64,000 nt of DNA from Chiloscyllium plagiosum (lineage: Eukaryota), in NCBI RefSeq assembly GCF_004010195.1, contig NC_057752.1:14475355-14539354 (forward strand), read 5' to 3'. The stretch's first letter is position 1. Every line of letters starts with the position of its first letter. The position numbers were made by a program, and so were the translations under genes. Below the pieces are notes generated by a model, which searched no databases, was not told the DNA's origin, and saw only the letters and a list, made by a program, of their open reading frames with translations. Shown here in pieces: positions 12,181-23,379 of the stretch.

Positions 12181-13150
12181 ACAAGGGTCAGTGCTTGGTC
12201 CACTGTTGTTCGTCGTTTATATGAACAATTTGGATGAGAGTATCAGAGGCCTGGTTGGTAGGTTTGCTGGTGACACCGAAATTGGTGGTATAGTGGAAAG
12301 TTCTCTACAAGTACAAAGGGATCTTGATCAACTGGGCCAGTGGGCTGGGGAGTGGCAGATGGAGTTTAATTTTGATAAAAGTGGGGTGCTGCATTTTGGT
12401 CAGTCAAACCAGGGCAGGACTTACATAGTAAATGGTAGGGCCCTGCAGAGTATTGTTGAACAGAGACACCTAGGGGTGCAGGCGCATCATTCCTTGAAAG
12501 TAGCATCACAGGTAGACAGGCTGGTGAAGAAGGTATTTGATACGCTTGTCTTCATTGGTCAGAACATTGAGTGCAGGGGTTGGGACGTCATGTTACGGCT
12601 GTACAAAACCTTGGTAAAGCCACATTTGGATTATTATATACAAATCTGGTCACCCTGCTATAGGAAGAATGTTATTACATTGGAAAAAGGGCTAAAAAGA
12701 TTTACAAAAATGTTACCGAGACTGGACGGTTTGAGTTATAAGGAGAGGCTGAATAGACTGGGGCTTTTTTCTCTGCAGCGTGGGAGGATCAGGGTTAACC
12801 TTAAGAGGTTTATAAAAACATGAGGGGCTTAGATAAGGTGCAGAGAAAAGGTCTTTCCCCTCGGATGGGGGAGACCAAAACTAAAGGGCACAGGTTTAAG
12901 GTCAGAGGGGAAAGATTTAAAAGGAACCCAAGTAGCGATTTTTTCACGCAGAGGGTGGCGCGTGTATGGAACAAGCTGCCAGACAGGTACAGTGACAACA
13001 TTTGAAGACATCTGGGCAGGTACACAAATCGGGAAGGTTGAGAGGGATGTGGGCCAAATGTGGGTAAAGTGGGACTAGTTCAGTTCAGGAAACCTAGTTG
13101 GCCTGGACGAGTTGGGCCAAAGGGTCGATTTCTGTGCTGTACGACTCTCT
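12181..13150 (+). mobile_element. CR1 LINE ORF2 C-terminus and 3' UTR (segment 3)
   Basis: [18 protein letters not shown]...WQMEFN...LYKTLVKPHLDY...RNPSSDFFTQRVARVWNKLP. Confidence 0.92.
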
Positions 13151-13238
13151 GACAGATCATTTTTGTGCGCAGAATTTTAAACAAGTGAAAAACCATTGAC
13201 ACAATGGGGACACTTTCCCAACAGAGAGAAGGACGTAC

Positions 13239-13361
13239 CTTAAATCCTGCAATAGCCCCAGACTGAAGGTCAGATTCAATGTTTCCTGGATCCAGGTATG
13301 CAATACTCATCAGAAAGCCAGGCCCTGTGAAGGCCCAGAGCTTCCGAAAGCTTAATCGAGT
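13239..13361 (-). CDS. SLC11A2: NRAMP2/DMT1 metal transporter, internal exon (TM1 with DPGN motif)
   Basis: [41 protein letters not shown]. Acceptor tctttcttttccccgacag, donor AAG|gtacgt; 123 bp, phase 0-0. Confidence 0.96.
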
Positions 13362-13584
13362 CTGTCGGGGAAAAGAAAGACCAGTCACTTAGACAGGAGA
13401 CAGCTTTGTTTCCCGCCTTATTTATTGCTCTCCTGACACAATGCTTGACATCTGGCATCCCCACTAAACATTCGCAGGACAATAAACAGAGGTCAAGTGA
13501 TGTAATTGAGGTGGTGCACCTTGTGGGGAAAAGGAACATTGCCAGGGTGACCACCCAGGAGGAGGCTCGACATAAAGGTATCAC

Positions 13585-14260
13585 TGCAGGGTCTGATGGT
13601 GGAAAGCCGCTACTTGGGTGCCGACGCACACCAGGGACTGACCGCCCTCCTCAACAGGGGAACGTGGAACCTGAGCTGTGACCCAGTGCGTCTTTTTGTT
13701 CCAGAAGAAATGAACCAATGTTCTCTGGATGTTTGTGACAGTAGGAGGGACCAAAGGGACGAGCCGGTACCACAACGTGAAGGCCACCAGCTGGTTTATG
13801 ACCAGCACTCGACTACTGTAAGACAGAGGTCCTGGGCCTCATTCACCGCCGCTCCATCACCACCAGATGCCTGGAGGAAGAACGCCTCATCTTCCGCCTC
13901 GGAACACTTCAACATCTCTCCACGCTTCAGGCTCTCTGCCTTTATTCCTGATGAAGGGCTTTTGCCTGAAACGTCGATTTTGCTACTCCTTGGATGCTGC
14001 CTGAACTGCTGTGCTCTTCCAGCACCACTAATCCAGAATCCTGTAAGACAGAGTCAAGATTAGAGTGGTGCTGGTAAAGAACAGCAGGTCAGGCAGCATC
14101 CGAGAAGCAGGAAAATCGACATTTCGGGCAAAAGCCCTTCGTCAGGAATGAGTGGATCCTGTAAGACAGCACTGGGAGCAGTCCTGTCCATGGCCTAGGT
14201 GAGCTGAGACTTTAGCCTCCAGCTCCCGCCAATTTTCCGGCCAGGATTCCTCAGCCCGGA
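13585..14260 (-). mobile_element. Tx1/L1-clade LINE ORF2 fragment, interrupted
   Basis: NWRELEAKV...GLLPVLSY / RVLVINQLVAFTLWYRL...FFW...EEGGQSLVCV. Confidence 0.8.
13829..14155. mobile_element. Two oppositely oriented Penelope-like terminal fragments
   Basis: CTGATGAAGGGCTTTTGCCTGAAACGTCG at 13948 (+) and its reverse complement near 14116-14148. Separated and flanked by CTGTAAGACAG repeats. Confidence 0.75.
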
Positions 14261-14406
14261 TAGAGGAAATGGGTGAGACACCAGCTTAAAATAAGTGCGA
14301 ATTTAACAGGAGCTTTAAGCAAGAATTTAAAATTGAGACTATCAATCAGTGGCTATTAACTCAAACACCTCTCCTTCCCCAAATAAAGGTGTGAAAGCCC
14401 TCTCTT

Positions 14407-14725
14407 AGAATAGAATAGAATAGAATCCTGACAGTGTGGAAACAGGCCATTAGGCCCAACAAGTCCACACTGACCCTCCAAAGAGTAACCCATCCAGAAC
14501 CATTCCCCTACCCTATTATTCTACATTTACTCCTGACTAATGCACCTAACCTGCACTTCCCTGAACACTATGAGACAATTTCCCATGGCTAATCCACCCT
14601 AACCTGCACATCCCTGGACTGTGGGAGGAAACTGGAGCACCTGCGCAACCATGGGGAGAATGTGCAAACTCCACACAGACAGTCGACCCAAGAGTGGAAT
14701 CGAACCCGGGTCCCTGGCGCTTTGG
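14407..14725 (-). mobile_element. tRNA-derived SINE (HE1/V-SINE type)
   Basis: Reverse complement of the SINE body GTGTGGAGTTTGCACATTCTCCCC with (TAGAA)n tail on the + strand. Confidence 0.85.
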
Positions 14726-14949
14726 CGGTTTGCAAACATTCACAAGGAGACAACAGAAGCAAAGAAGGTGTGCCTATGGATAATTGACAGCTGAAGGAGC
14801 CAATGAGGAGATAGTGGGAGGTGCCATAAATGTCCTTGGTCCTGAAGAACCAATGAGAGATCGATCATGTTTCTCCTGCCCAGAACCTATTGTTGACCTA
14901 TTGTCTCCGCCTGCTCCTGGCCATCCAAGCTTATCATGTCCTCCTAACT

Positions 14950-16520
14950 CAACTCCATCCACGCCCCTTTGGTCCAGGAACTCCCCACCTACGTTTGGGA
15001 CACAACCCATATCCTCCACATTCTCCAAGACTTTCAATTCCCGGCCCCCAACACCTCATCTTCACCATGGACATTAAGGCTCTTTACACCTGTATTCCCC
15101 CTGACACCTTCCACCCCGCCCACAAACTCACTGAGACGATTTCCAACATTCCCAGGACCTCTCTGTTTCCATTTCCAGAAACCAACTCACCACCGATATC
15201 CATTTCAAACCCACAAACTCCCATAGCTGCCCCCTGTACAAAATGTCATTCCTAATTCCTCCCAATTCCTTTGCCTCTGCTCCTAGGATGAGACGTTCCA
15301 CTCCAGCACATCCTAGATGTCTGAGTTTCCCCCTCCTCGGTAATTAAGGATGCCCTCAATTGCATCTCCTACACTTCTGCTGGCACGGTGGCTCAGTGGT
15401 TAGCACTGCTGCCTCACAGCGCCAGAGACCCGGGTTCAATTCCCGCCTCAGGCAACTGTCTGTGTGGAGTTTGCACATTCTCCCCGTGTCTGCGTGGGTT
15501 TCCTTCGGGTGCTCCGGTTTCCTCCCACAGTCCGAAAATGTGCAGGTGAATTGGCCATGCGAAATTGCCCGTAGTGTTAAGTGAAGGGGTAAATGTAGGG
15601 GAATGGGTCTGGATGGGTTGCTCTTTGGAGGGTCGGTGTGGACTTGTTAGGCCGAAGGGCCTGTTTCCACACTATAAGTAATCTAATCAAACCCCCTCCC
15701 TGCCAACAACGATAAGGGTAGAGTCCCCCGGTCCTCATATACCACCTCAACAAACTCCAAATCCAACGCGTCATCCTTCACCACCAATAATCAGATCCCA
15801 CCACCAAAACAATATTTCCTTCCCCACCCCTATCTGCTTTCCATAGGGACCGTTCACTTCATGACTTCCTTGTCAACTCTACACTCCCACCAACTTCTCC
15901 TTCCCACCCGGTACCTTTCCCTGCAACTACAAGAGGTGCATCACCTGCCCCCTACACCTCCCCTCTGACCTCCATCCAAGGCCCCAAACAATCCTTCCAG
16001 ATCTGACAGAGATTCACCTGCACATCATCCTGGTCTATTGTATCTGATGCTCCCAATGTGGTCTCCTCTATATCGGGGAGACCAAAAGCAGACTCGGGGA
16101 CTGGTTCGCCAAGCGTCTGCGCTCCGCATGTACCAACTGACCCAACCTTCAGGTTGTCATCCATTTCAGCTCCAGCTCCCCCTCCCCCTCCCCTGGTGAC
16201 ATGTCCATCCTTGGCCTCCTCCACTGTCAGAGTGAGGCCAACCGCAAACTGGAGGAACACCGCCTTATATGTTGCTTTGGGAGCTTACAGCCCAATGGAT
16301 TAATATAGAATTTACCAGCTTCAAAATCTCCTCCCTCCAGCCTTATCCCAAGCTCAGTCCTCACCCCCGTCCTCACCTCCCCGACCTGACCTAACCTGTC
16401 CATCTTCCTACTCTCCTATCTACTCTACCCCTCCCCAGCTGTCTAATCACAATAACCCCCAACCTGCATCCCCCTATCAACATCCCACCTACCTTTCCCC
16501 CAGTCCCACCCCCTCCTCCA
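14950..16520 (+). mobile_element. Degenerate Penelope-like element (RT and GIY-YIG remnants)
   Basis: LIFTMDIKALYTCIP; FKPTNSH; CSQCGLLYIGETK motif near 16045-16087; C-rich tail. Confidence 0.75.
15381..15688 (+). mobile_element. tRNA-derived SINE (HE1/V-SINE type)
   Basis: GGCACGGTGGCTCAGTGGTTAGCACTGCTGCCTCACAGC (A box), GGGTTCAATTCCC (B box), CR1-like tail and TAATC repeats. Confidence 0.92.
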
Positions 16521-17068
16521 TTTACTTTCAGGAAACTCTAAACTCCACACAATCACCTGAGGGTGGAATCAAACCCATGTCCCTGGTGCTGTGGGGCAGC
16601 AGTGCTAATCACTGAGCCACCGTGCCACGCTGTGCTGCGCACTTTGGTAAATGTTGAGGGTGTATGCAAAGATATGTGTTGGGGTGTGTGGCATTGTTGG
16701 TTAGAAGGGGTTTGTTTGTGGGGCAGAGTGGTACTTTAGGGATGGTTGTGGGAGGTGTGTGTGTTCAGATGGGGATCTTGTCTCCACGTGATACACTGGG
16801 GATTAATTGAGCAAGAATGCTTCCCATCGCATAATGACTTCAGGAAAGGCAGGAGGTTTGATTGGGAATCATCCATCCTGCTGTCTTGCTGACAGTAAAA
16901 CCCACTGACCTCTGTCAACCCTGACTGCTCATGCAGTTCCTCTGTGCTCTGTTGTCATAAGGAGGGTTCGGGACCCCTGAACTCTTTTGATTAAGTTTCG
17001 CATCAAGCCTGATTTCGATTTTTCTCAGACTGGCTCCTCTGCCTGACAACACGGGGCAGTGCACTCAC

Positions 17069-17193
17069 CGAGCTGCTATTAGGAACAGGGATTTTCTCCT
17101 CCTGATGAGTATCAAATGGCATCTCTGCAGTCATGAACGTCCCTGTCAAGCTGATTTGGGTGCAACTGGTGTCGATCATTTTGGGAGGCTGTT
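17069..17193 (-). CDS. SLC11A2: SLC11A2 N-terminal cytoplasmic exon
   Basis: (E)QPPKMIDTSCTQISLTGTFMTAEMPFDTHQEEKIPVPNSSS; EKIPVP matches the NRAMP EKIxIP motif. Acceptor ctgtttccag, donor TCG|gtgagt; phase 1-0, joins in frame to 13361. Confidence 0.88.
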
Positions 17194-17387
17194 CTGGAAA
17201 CAGATTGAGGTACTTCATCAGGCAGGCAGACACTGAGTAGCACTGGAAAGTGCAAGAATGACCCCCCCACCCCCACCCCCAACCATGAGCCCGGCCCACA
17301 TGGACTCTCCGGTGCCCCTCTCACTCAGCAACCCTTCTTCCTTCACTCTTCGCCCCACCACCCCCCCCCCCATGACCCCTACCACCA

Positions 17388-17617
17388 NNNNNNNNNNNNN
17401 NNNNNNNNNNNNNNNNNNNNNNNNNNNNNNNNNNNNNNNNNNNNNNNNNNNNNNNNNNNNNNNNNNNNNNNNNNNNNNNNNNNNNNNNNNNNNNNNNNNN
17501 NNNNNNNNNNNNNNNNNNNNNNNNNNNNNNNNNNNNNNNNNNNNNNNNNNNNNNNNNNNNNNNNNNNNNNNNNNNNNNNNNNNNNNNNNNNNNNNNNNNN
17601 NNNNNNNNNNNNNNNNN
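17388..17617. other. Assembly gap
   Basis: Run of N. Confidence 0.99.
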
Positions 17618-17689
17618 ACACTTAAATTACCCCTCCCCCTGTGACACTGTGCCTCCCTCTCATCACTGTTCCATGTAACCAATACACAC

Positions 17690-18830
17690 TGATTCACACA
17701 CACACACAGACATGCACATGTAAAAACATGTGCACACACAAAGGCATGTACTCAAACACAGACAGACCCACACAAATACATATACACACACACTCAGATA
17801 TACTCTCCTTCTCCCACATGCATACAGACTCAGACACTCTCTCTCGCTTCCACACCCACACACTTAAGCACACTCTCTCACACATGCTCAGACTCTCTTG
17901 CACACACACACACACACACAAATACATGCAGACACATTCACATGTTCAAGATTCATAAAGACATGTGCACACACAAAGGCACGTACTCAAACACTTACAG
18001 ACCCACACAAATACATATACACACACACACACTCATCAGATATACTCTCTCTCTCCCACATACATGCACCTAGATACACACTCTCTCTCACATGCTCAGA
18101 CTCTTTTGCGTATACTCTCAATGTCTTACACGCACAGATGCAGACACATTCATATGTTCAAAGTTCACACACAGACATGTACACATAAAGACGTGCACAA
18201 AGGCATGTACTTAAAAACAGACAGACCCATACAAATTCGTACACACTGTATATATACACACACTCTCTCTCTCTCTCTCTCTCTTCCCCACACGCACACA
18301 CTTAAGACTCTCTCTCCCACATGCTCAGACTCTCTTGCACACACACACACACACACAAATACATGCAGACACATTCACATGTTCAAGATTCATAAAGACA
18401 TGTGCACACACAAAGGCACGTACTCAAACACTTACAGACCCACACAAATACATATACACACACACACACTCATCAGATATACTCTCTCTCACCCACATAC
18501 ATGCACCTAGATACACACTCTCTCTCACATGCTCAGACTCTTTTGCGTACACTCTCAATGTCTTACACGCACAGATGCAGACACATTCATATGTTCAAAG
18601 TTCACACACAGACATGTACACATAAAGACGTGCACAAAGGCATGTACTTAAAAACAGACAGACCCATACAAATTCGTACACACTGTATATACACACACAC
18701 TCTCTCTCTCTCTCTCTCTCTTCCCCACACGCACACACTTAAGACTCTCTCTCCCACATGCTCAGACTCTCTTGCACACACTCTCAATGTCCTACACACA
18801 CAAACACATTCAGACACATTCGCATGTTCA
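17690..18830. repeat. CA/CT-rich low-complexity region with 437-bp tandem duplication
   Basis: Near-identical ORF pairs offset by 437 bp (17898/18335, 17965/18402). Confidence 0.9.
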
Positions 18831-19899
18831 GCCTGTTCGAAATATTTGTTTCTTTTAGTTTCTCCACCCTCAAAGATACTCGATCTGCCTGTGTTCTGTG
18901 CTCCATGGGTAAATGCTGCTTCCCCACCCCACACCCAAAAACCTGTGCTCACAGCGGCCTGTTTGTCTGGGACACAGGGTCCAGCAAGTCAGCTCTTTGC
19001 AAACAGCCAAACAGTCCGGAATGTAAACCCTCTCCTCATTGGCGATTTCTCACTTTACTTGCTGGAACAGAGGGAGGCGGTTCGTTCCTGTCATTCATCA
19101 GAAAATATGGAGAAGCAGACAGGTTGTGCCCACTGTTGAAATGTGAAGCAAAAACTTAAAGACTCTGTCATTACCTCAGCAGCAAATTCCTGGAAACAGC
19201 CGGGTTCTCGGAATATCCGAGATTTCCTAAAACCAGGGTTGTTCAGAGAGGCAGTCTCTGAATCTAAGCTATCGGATATTTGGAAATCATTCTGTTTTGA
19301 AGCTATCATTCAGCAAGGTCTTGAGGGGGAGGTGGTGGTGCTTGGATCAAAGAGTAATCGTTCCACTATGTTCCAGTGAGATTGTGCCTGAACTGGGCTG
19401 CGCTGACTCAGCTTACCTGAGTGAAGATTAAACATTCACTCCCTCGGGAACCGCAGTGCATACCATCTACAAGATGCACTGCAGAAATTCACCAAGGCTC
19501 CTCAGACAACACCTTCCAAACCCACAGCCACTGCCATCTAGAAGGACAAGGGCAGCAGATACATGGGAACACCACCCCCTGCAAGTTCCCCTCCAAGCCC
19601 CTCACCATCCTGACTTGCCCCCACTAGGGATGGGGCAATAAATATTGGGCACAGCTAGTGACACCCACACCCTCTGGATGAATGAGAACGAGATAGTCTG
19701 AGAAGACTGTAATTGTCCTCAGTTTGATTTTGTTTCTGCCTGTTCTCCAGCTCCTCCTATGCTCCACATCAAACAGACTAAGTTTATAGGGTTTATCTGG
19801 TAATGCAATCCTTCTTTAATTTGGACAATTTATTGACCAGATTCATAAGCCGCACTGGGAAAACTGACTCTATGCCCCTTACTGGAAATAAAGCCGGTA

Positions 19900-20370
19900 A
19901 TCATAGAGTCATAGAGATATCCAGCACGGAAACAGACCCTTCGGTCCAACCCATCCATGCCAGATATCCTAAATAAACCTAGTCCCATTTGTCAGCATTT
20001 AGCCCGTATCCCTCTAAACCCTTCCTAGTCATATACCCATCCAGATGCCTTTTAAACGCTGTAATTGTACCAGTCTCCACCACTTCCTCTGGCAGCATAT
20101 CCAGCACGGAAACAGACCCTTCGGTCCAACCCATCCATGCCAGATATCCTAAATAAACCTAGTCCCATTTGTCAGCATTTAGCCCGTATCCCTCTAAATC
20201 CTTCCTAGTCATATACCCATCCAGATGCCTTTTAAACGCTGTAATTGTACCAGCCTCCACCACTTCCTCTGGCAGCTGATTCCATACACGTAACACCCTC
20301 TTTTATATCTTAGGTCTCTTTTATATCTTTCCCCTCTCACCCTAAACCTATGCCCTCTAGTTCTGAACGC
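19900..20370 (-). mobile_element. CR1 3' end with internal 180-bp tandem duplication
   Basis: ATCCAGCACGGAAACAGACCC at 19919 and 20099; CR1 tail sequence. Confidence 0.88.
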
Positions 20371-20984
20371 TCTCCCATCCTTGGGGTTGACTATAGAGGG
20401 GTTCAAAACCGCACCCCTTCAAGTCAAAGTGAGTGATCAGTGACTGAAGCTAAGCAATGCCTGGCAAAGAAAAAGCTAGGGACCATATTGCTTTGACTGA
20501 CACGCTGCTGCAGGGGGTGCATTGGCTGAACACAAGACTATCCTGAGTTGCTTCATCAATGGCAAGTCACTCGATGCCAATGTTTCATTCTTAGTCCAAA
20601 TGGGTGAGGAACTGGAGGGTGACAGACAACTGCAACTTCGAGGCAAGATAAGGAAGAAAGAGGCCAAAAGAAAAAGTATCTTTCAGTCATTTGCAAAAAC
20701 CCAGAGCAGGAAATCACACTGAATGGCTTTGTTGTGTCATTTTGGGAGGAGGATTGGGAAAGGATAACATTGATTGATTGCTGTCAATTGTACTGAGATA
20801 CAGTGAAAAGTGTTGTTTTGCATGCTCTACAGGCAGACTGAACCAGACAGAGTGCAAGAAGGTAGCAGAACAAAATGCAGAATACAGTGTTACAGACACA
20901 GAGAAGGTGCAGAAAGAGAGAGAGAGAGATCAGAGAGGGCATAGGTTGAAGGTGAGAGCGGAAAACATTAAAAGGGACCTAAGG

Positions 20985-21530
20985 AACATAGAGTCATACA
21001 GCACAGAAACAGACCCTTCAGTCCAACTCATCTATGCTGACCAGATATCTTAAATTAATCTAGTCCCATTTGCCAGCGTTTGGTCCATACCCCTCTAAAC
21101 CCTTCCTATTCATATACCCACACAGATGCCTTTTAAATGCTGTAATTGTACCAGCCTCCACCACTTCCTCTGGCAGCTCATTCCATACACGCACCACCCT
21201 CTGCGTGAGAAAGTTGCCCCTTAGGTCTCTTTTATATCTTTCCCCTCTCCCCTTAAACCTATGCCCTCTAGGTTTGGACTCCCCTACCACAGGGAAAAGA
21301 CCTTGGCTATTCACCCTATCCATGTCCCCCTTGATTTTATAAACCTCTATAAGGTCACCCCTCAGCCTCCGACGCTCCAGGGAAAACAGCCCCAGCCTGT
21401 TCAGCCTCTCCCTATAGCTCAAATCCTCCAACCCTGGCAACATCCTTGTAAATCTTTTCTGCACCCTTTCAAGTTTCACACCATCCTTCCTGTAGCAGGG
21501 CAACCAGGACTGAATGCAGCATTCCAAAAC
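20985..21530 (-). mobile_element. CR1 3' fragment
   Basis: RPVLECCIQSW...LERVQKRFTRMLPGLEDLSYRERL...WNELPEEVVEAG. Confidence 0.92.
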
Positions 21531-21834
21531 CGGCCTCATTCTCGGTACATGATTCAGCAGGGCAGCCTGGTTTACGTTCATCCTAAGGGAGAAGTTCCCT
21601 CTGGTCCAAGTGCCCCATGAGTTGGAAACTCTTTCAGCCCACATCACTGTTTGTTTGGGTGATGCATTTGGTCCCTTGACTGGTCTGAGCCTCTGCCAGT
21701 TTGTGCAGTGCCCTGTAATAATCTTCAGTCTTAGTGCAGTGATGGATGGAGTAGGCAGCCTAGTTGCCCGTGGTCCCAGAATGTCACTGTCCCATTCCCA
21801 CCGAAATTCAGCATGTCCACATTGACTCTTTCCC

Positions 21835-22330
21835 AATTTTTATGATGCACCCACGGAAAGCAGCCCATCTGGATGAATCATGGCTTGGTACAGCAACTGC
21901 TCTGCCCAGGACGGTAACAAACTACAGAGAGTTGTGAACACAGCCCAGTCCCTCACATGACCTAACCTTCCATCCATTGACTCCGTCTACACTTCCCACT
22001 GCCTCAGGAAGGCAGCCAACATCATCAAAGACCCCTCCCACCCTGGATACACTCTCTTCCACTCTCTTTCATTGGGCAGAAGATACAAAAGGTTTGAAAA
22101 CACGTACCAACAGATTTAAGAACAGCTTCTTCCATACTGTTATCAGAATAATGAATGGATCTCTCGTATACTCGCGTTGATCTTTCTCTGCACCTTCTCT
22201 GTAACACTATATTCTGCATTCTGTTCTATTACCCTGATGTACTAATGGTAGGTAGGATTTGTCTGGATAGCACACACACAATACTTTTCACTGTATCTCA
22301 GTACATGTGACGACAACAAAGCAAGTCAAA
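21835..22330 (+). mobile_element. Rex1/Babar-type LINE 3' fragment
   Basis: Degenerate AWYSNCSAQDGNKLQRVVNTAQS...TRTNRFKNSFFHTVIR. Confidence 0.7.
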
Positions 22331-22440
22331 TTAAACCACCACTTTGGCGAAGTGAAAATTGGCCCCATAGCTGGACGGAGAGGGCCCTCTGGAGAAATGC
22401 CTCTTCCCAGCTGGAGAACGGGAGGCAGACGGTAGCTTAC

Positions 22441-22506
22441 CAGTTGACTCTTTCATCTCTTGATCGAAGCTCATTGTATTACAATCTTGCTGATGCTCCG
22501 AGCTCT
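22441..22506 (-). CDS. SLC11A2: SLC11A2 start-codon exon (equivalent of mammalian exon 2); ATG at 22474
   Basis: Strong acceptor ttttcttttcatttaatttcag and donor CTG|gtaagc. Reads (E)SSEHQQDCNT-MSFDQEMKEST-G; 34 coding nt after ATG, phase 1, in frame with 17193. Confidence 0.82.
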
Positions 22507-22629
22507 CTGAAATTAAATGAAAAGAAAAAAACAGGAAGGCATAAATGATCGTGGGACTGAGTTTGCCTTGGGGTTTCTCCTGACCCCTTTGGATAACTTC
22601 AATGGAAAAGCAGCAGAATTGGTCAAGAG

Positions 22630-22960
22630 TTATATGTATCTGTGTGTGTCTGCTGTTGTTTGTATATCTGTATGCATGTGTGTGTTTCTGTCTGTACATA
22701 TGTGTGTGTTTGTATTTTGTACGTCTATCTGTGTATATATCATGTGTATCTTGTGTGCGTCCGCCTGTGTGCGTGTCTGCGTGCCCGTATGTGTGTGCCT
22801 CATGTGCTTAAGTGTGTGTGTCTTGTGTACTTAGGTGCGCACACGCACACACAGGCTCGTGTGTCTTGTGTGCTTGTGAATGTGTACCTGTGTGTGTCTG
22901 TCTTGTGTGCTTGTGATAGGGTATCTGTGTGTGTGTCTCTGTGTTTGTGTGCGTATGTTA
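22630..22960. repeat. TG-rich low-complexity tract
   Basis: Degenerate (TG)n. Confidence 0.9.
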
Positions 22961-23379
22961 CTGTCGAGGAATGCACTAAGTATTACCCACTATGGCCCTG
23001 TCACACAGTACTCCGACAAGGGAATAGCTTTGCACCTCGAAGGAGTGAGAACCATCACCGAGTCACCCTCAGTCTCATGCAACAAAACCCCATCTTGTAT
23101 AAGAGTCAGATGGTGACCTTGTAACCATTATTTACCATCATCCAAACCCATCTGGTTCAAGAGGAAGCAAATCTGACCACCCTTCCATTTAAAAACAGAA
23201 CGCACTGGAGAAACTCAGCAGGTCTGGCAACACCTTCAAAGAAGAATCATGCCAGACTCAGAACATTAATTCTGTTTCTCTCTCCACAGATGCTGCCAGA
23301 CCCACTGAGCTTTTCCAGCATTCTCTGTTCACATTTCCGACTTCCGGTATCTGCAATACTTGGGTTTCAAATCTGCGAT

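Noticed and set aside
13239..13361. Assignment to SLC11A1 (NRAMP1)
   Set aside because: SFRK, AYLDPG and QSGA, the 34-nt start exon and linkage to BIN2 all fit SLC11A2 better; a phylogeny would be decisive.
15381..15450. tRNA genes at SINE heads
   Set aside because: A and B boxes continue into SINE body and tail; multiple diverged copies.
17641..19139. His/Thr-rich and Cys/Val-rich ORFs
   Set aside because: Translations of (CA)n/(TG)n low-complexity DNA; likewise 22517-23124.
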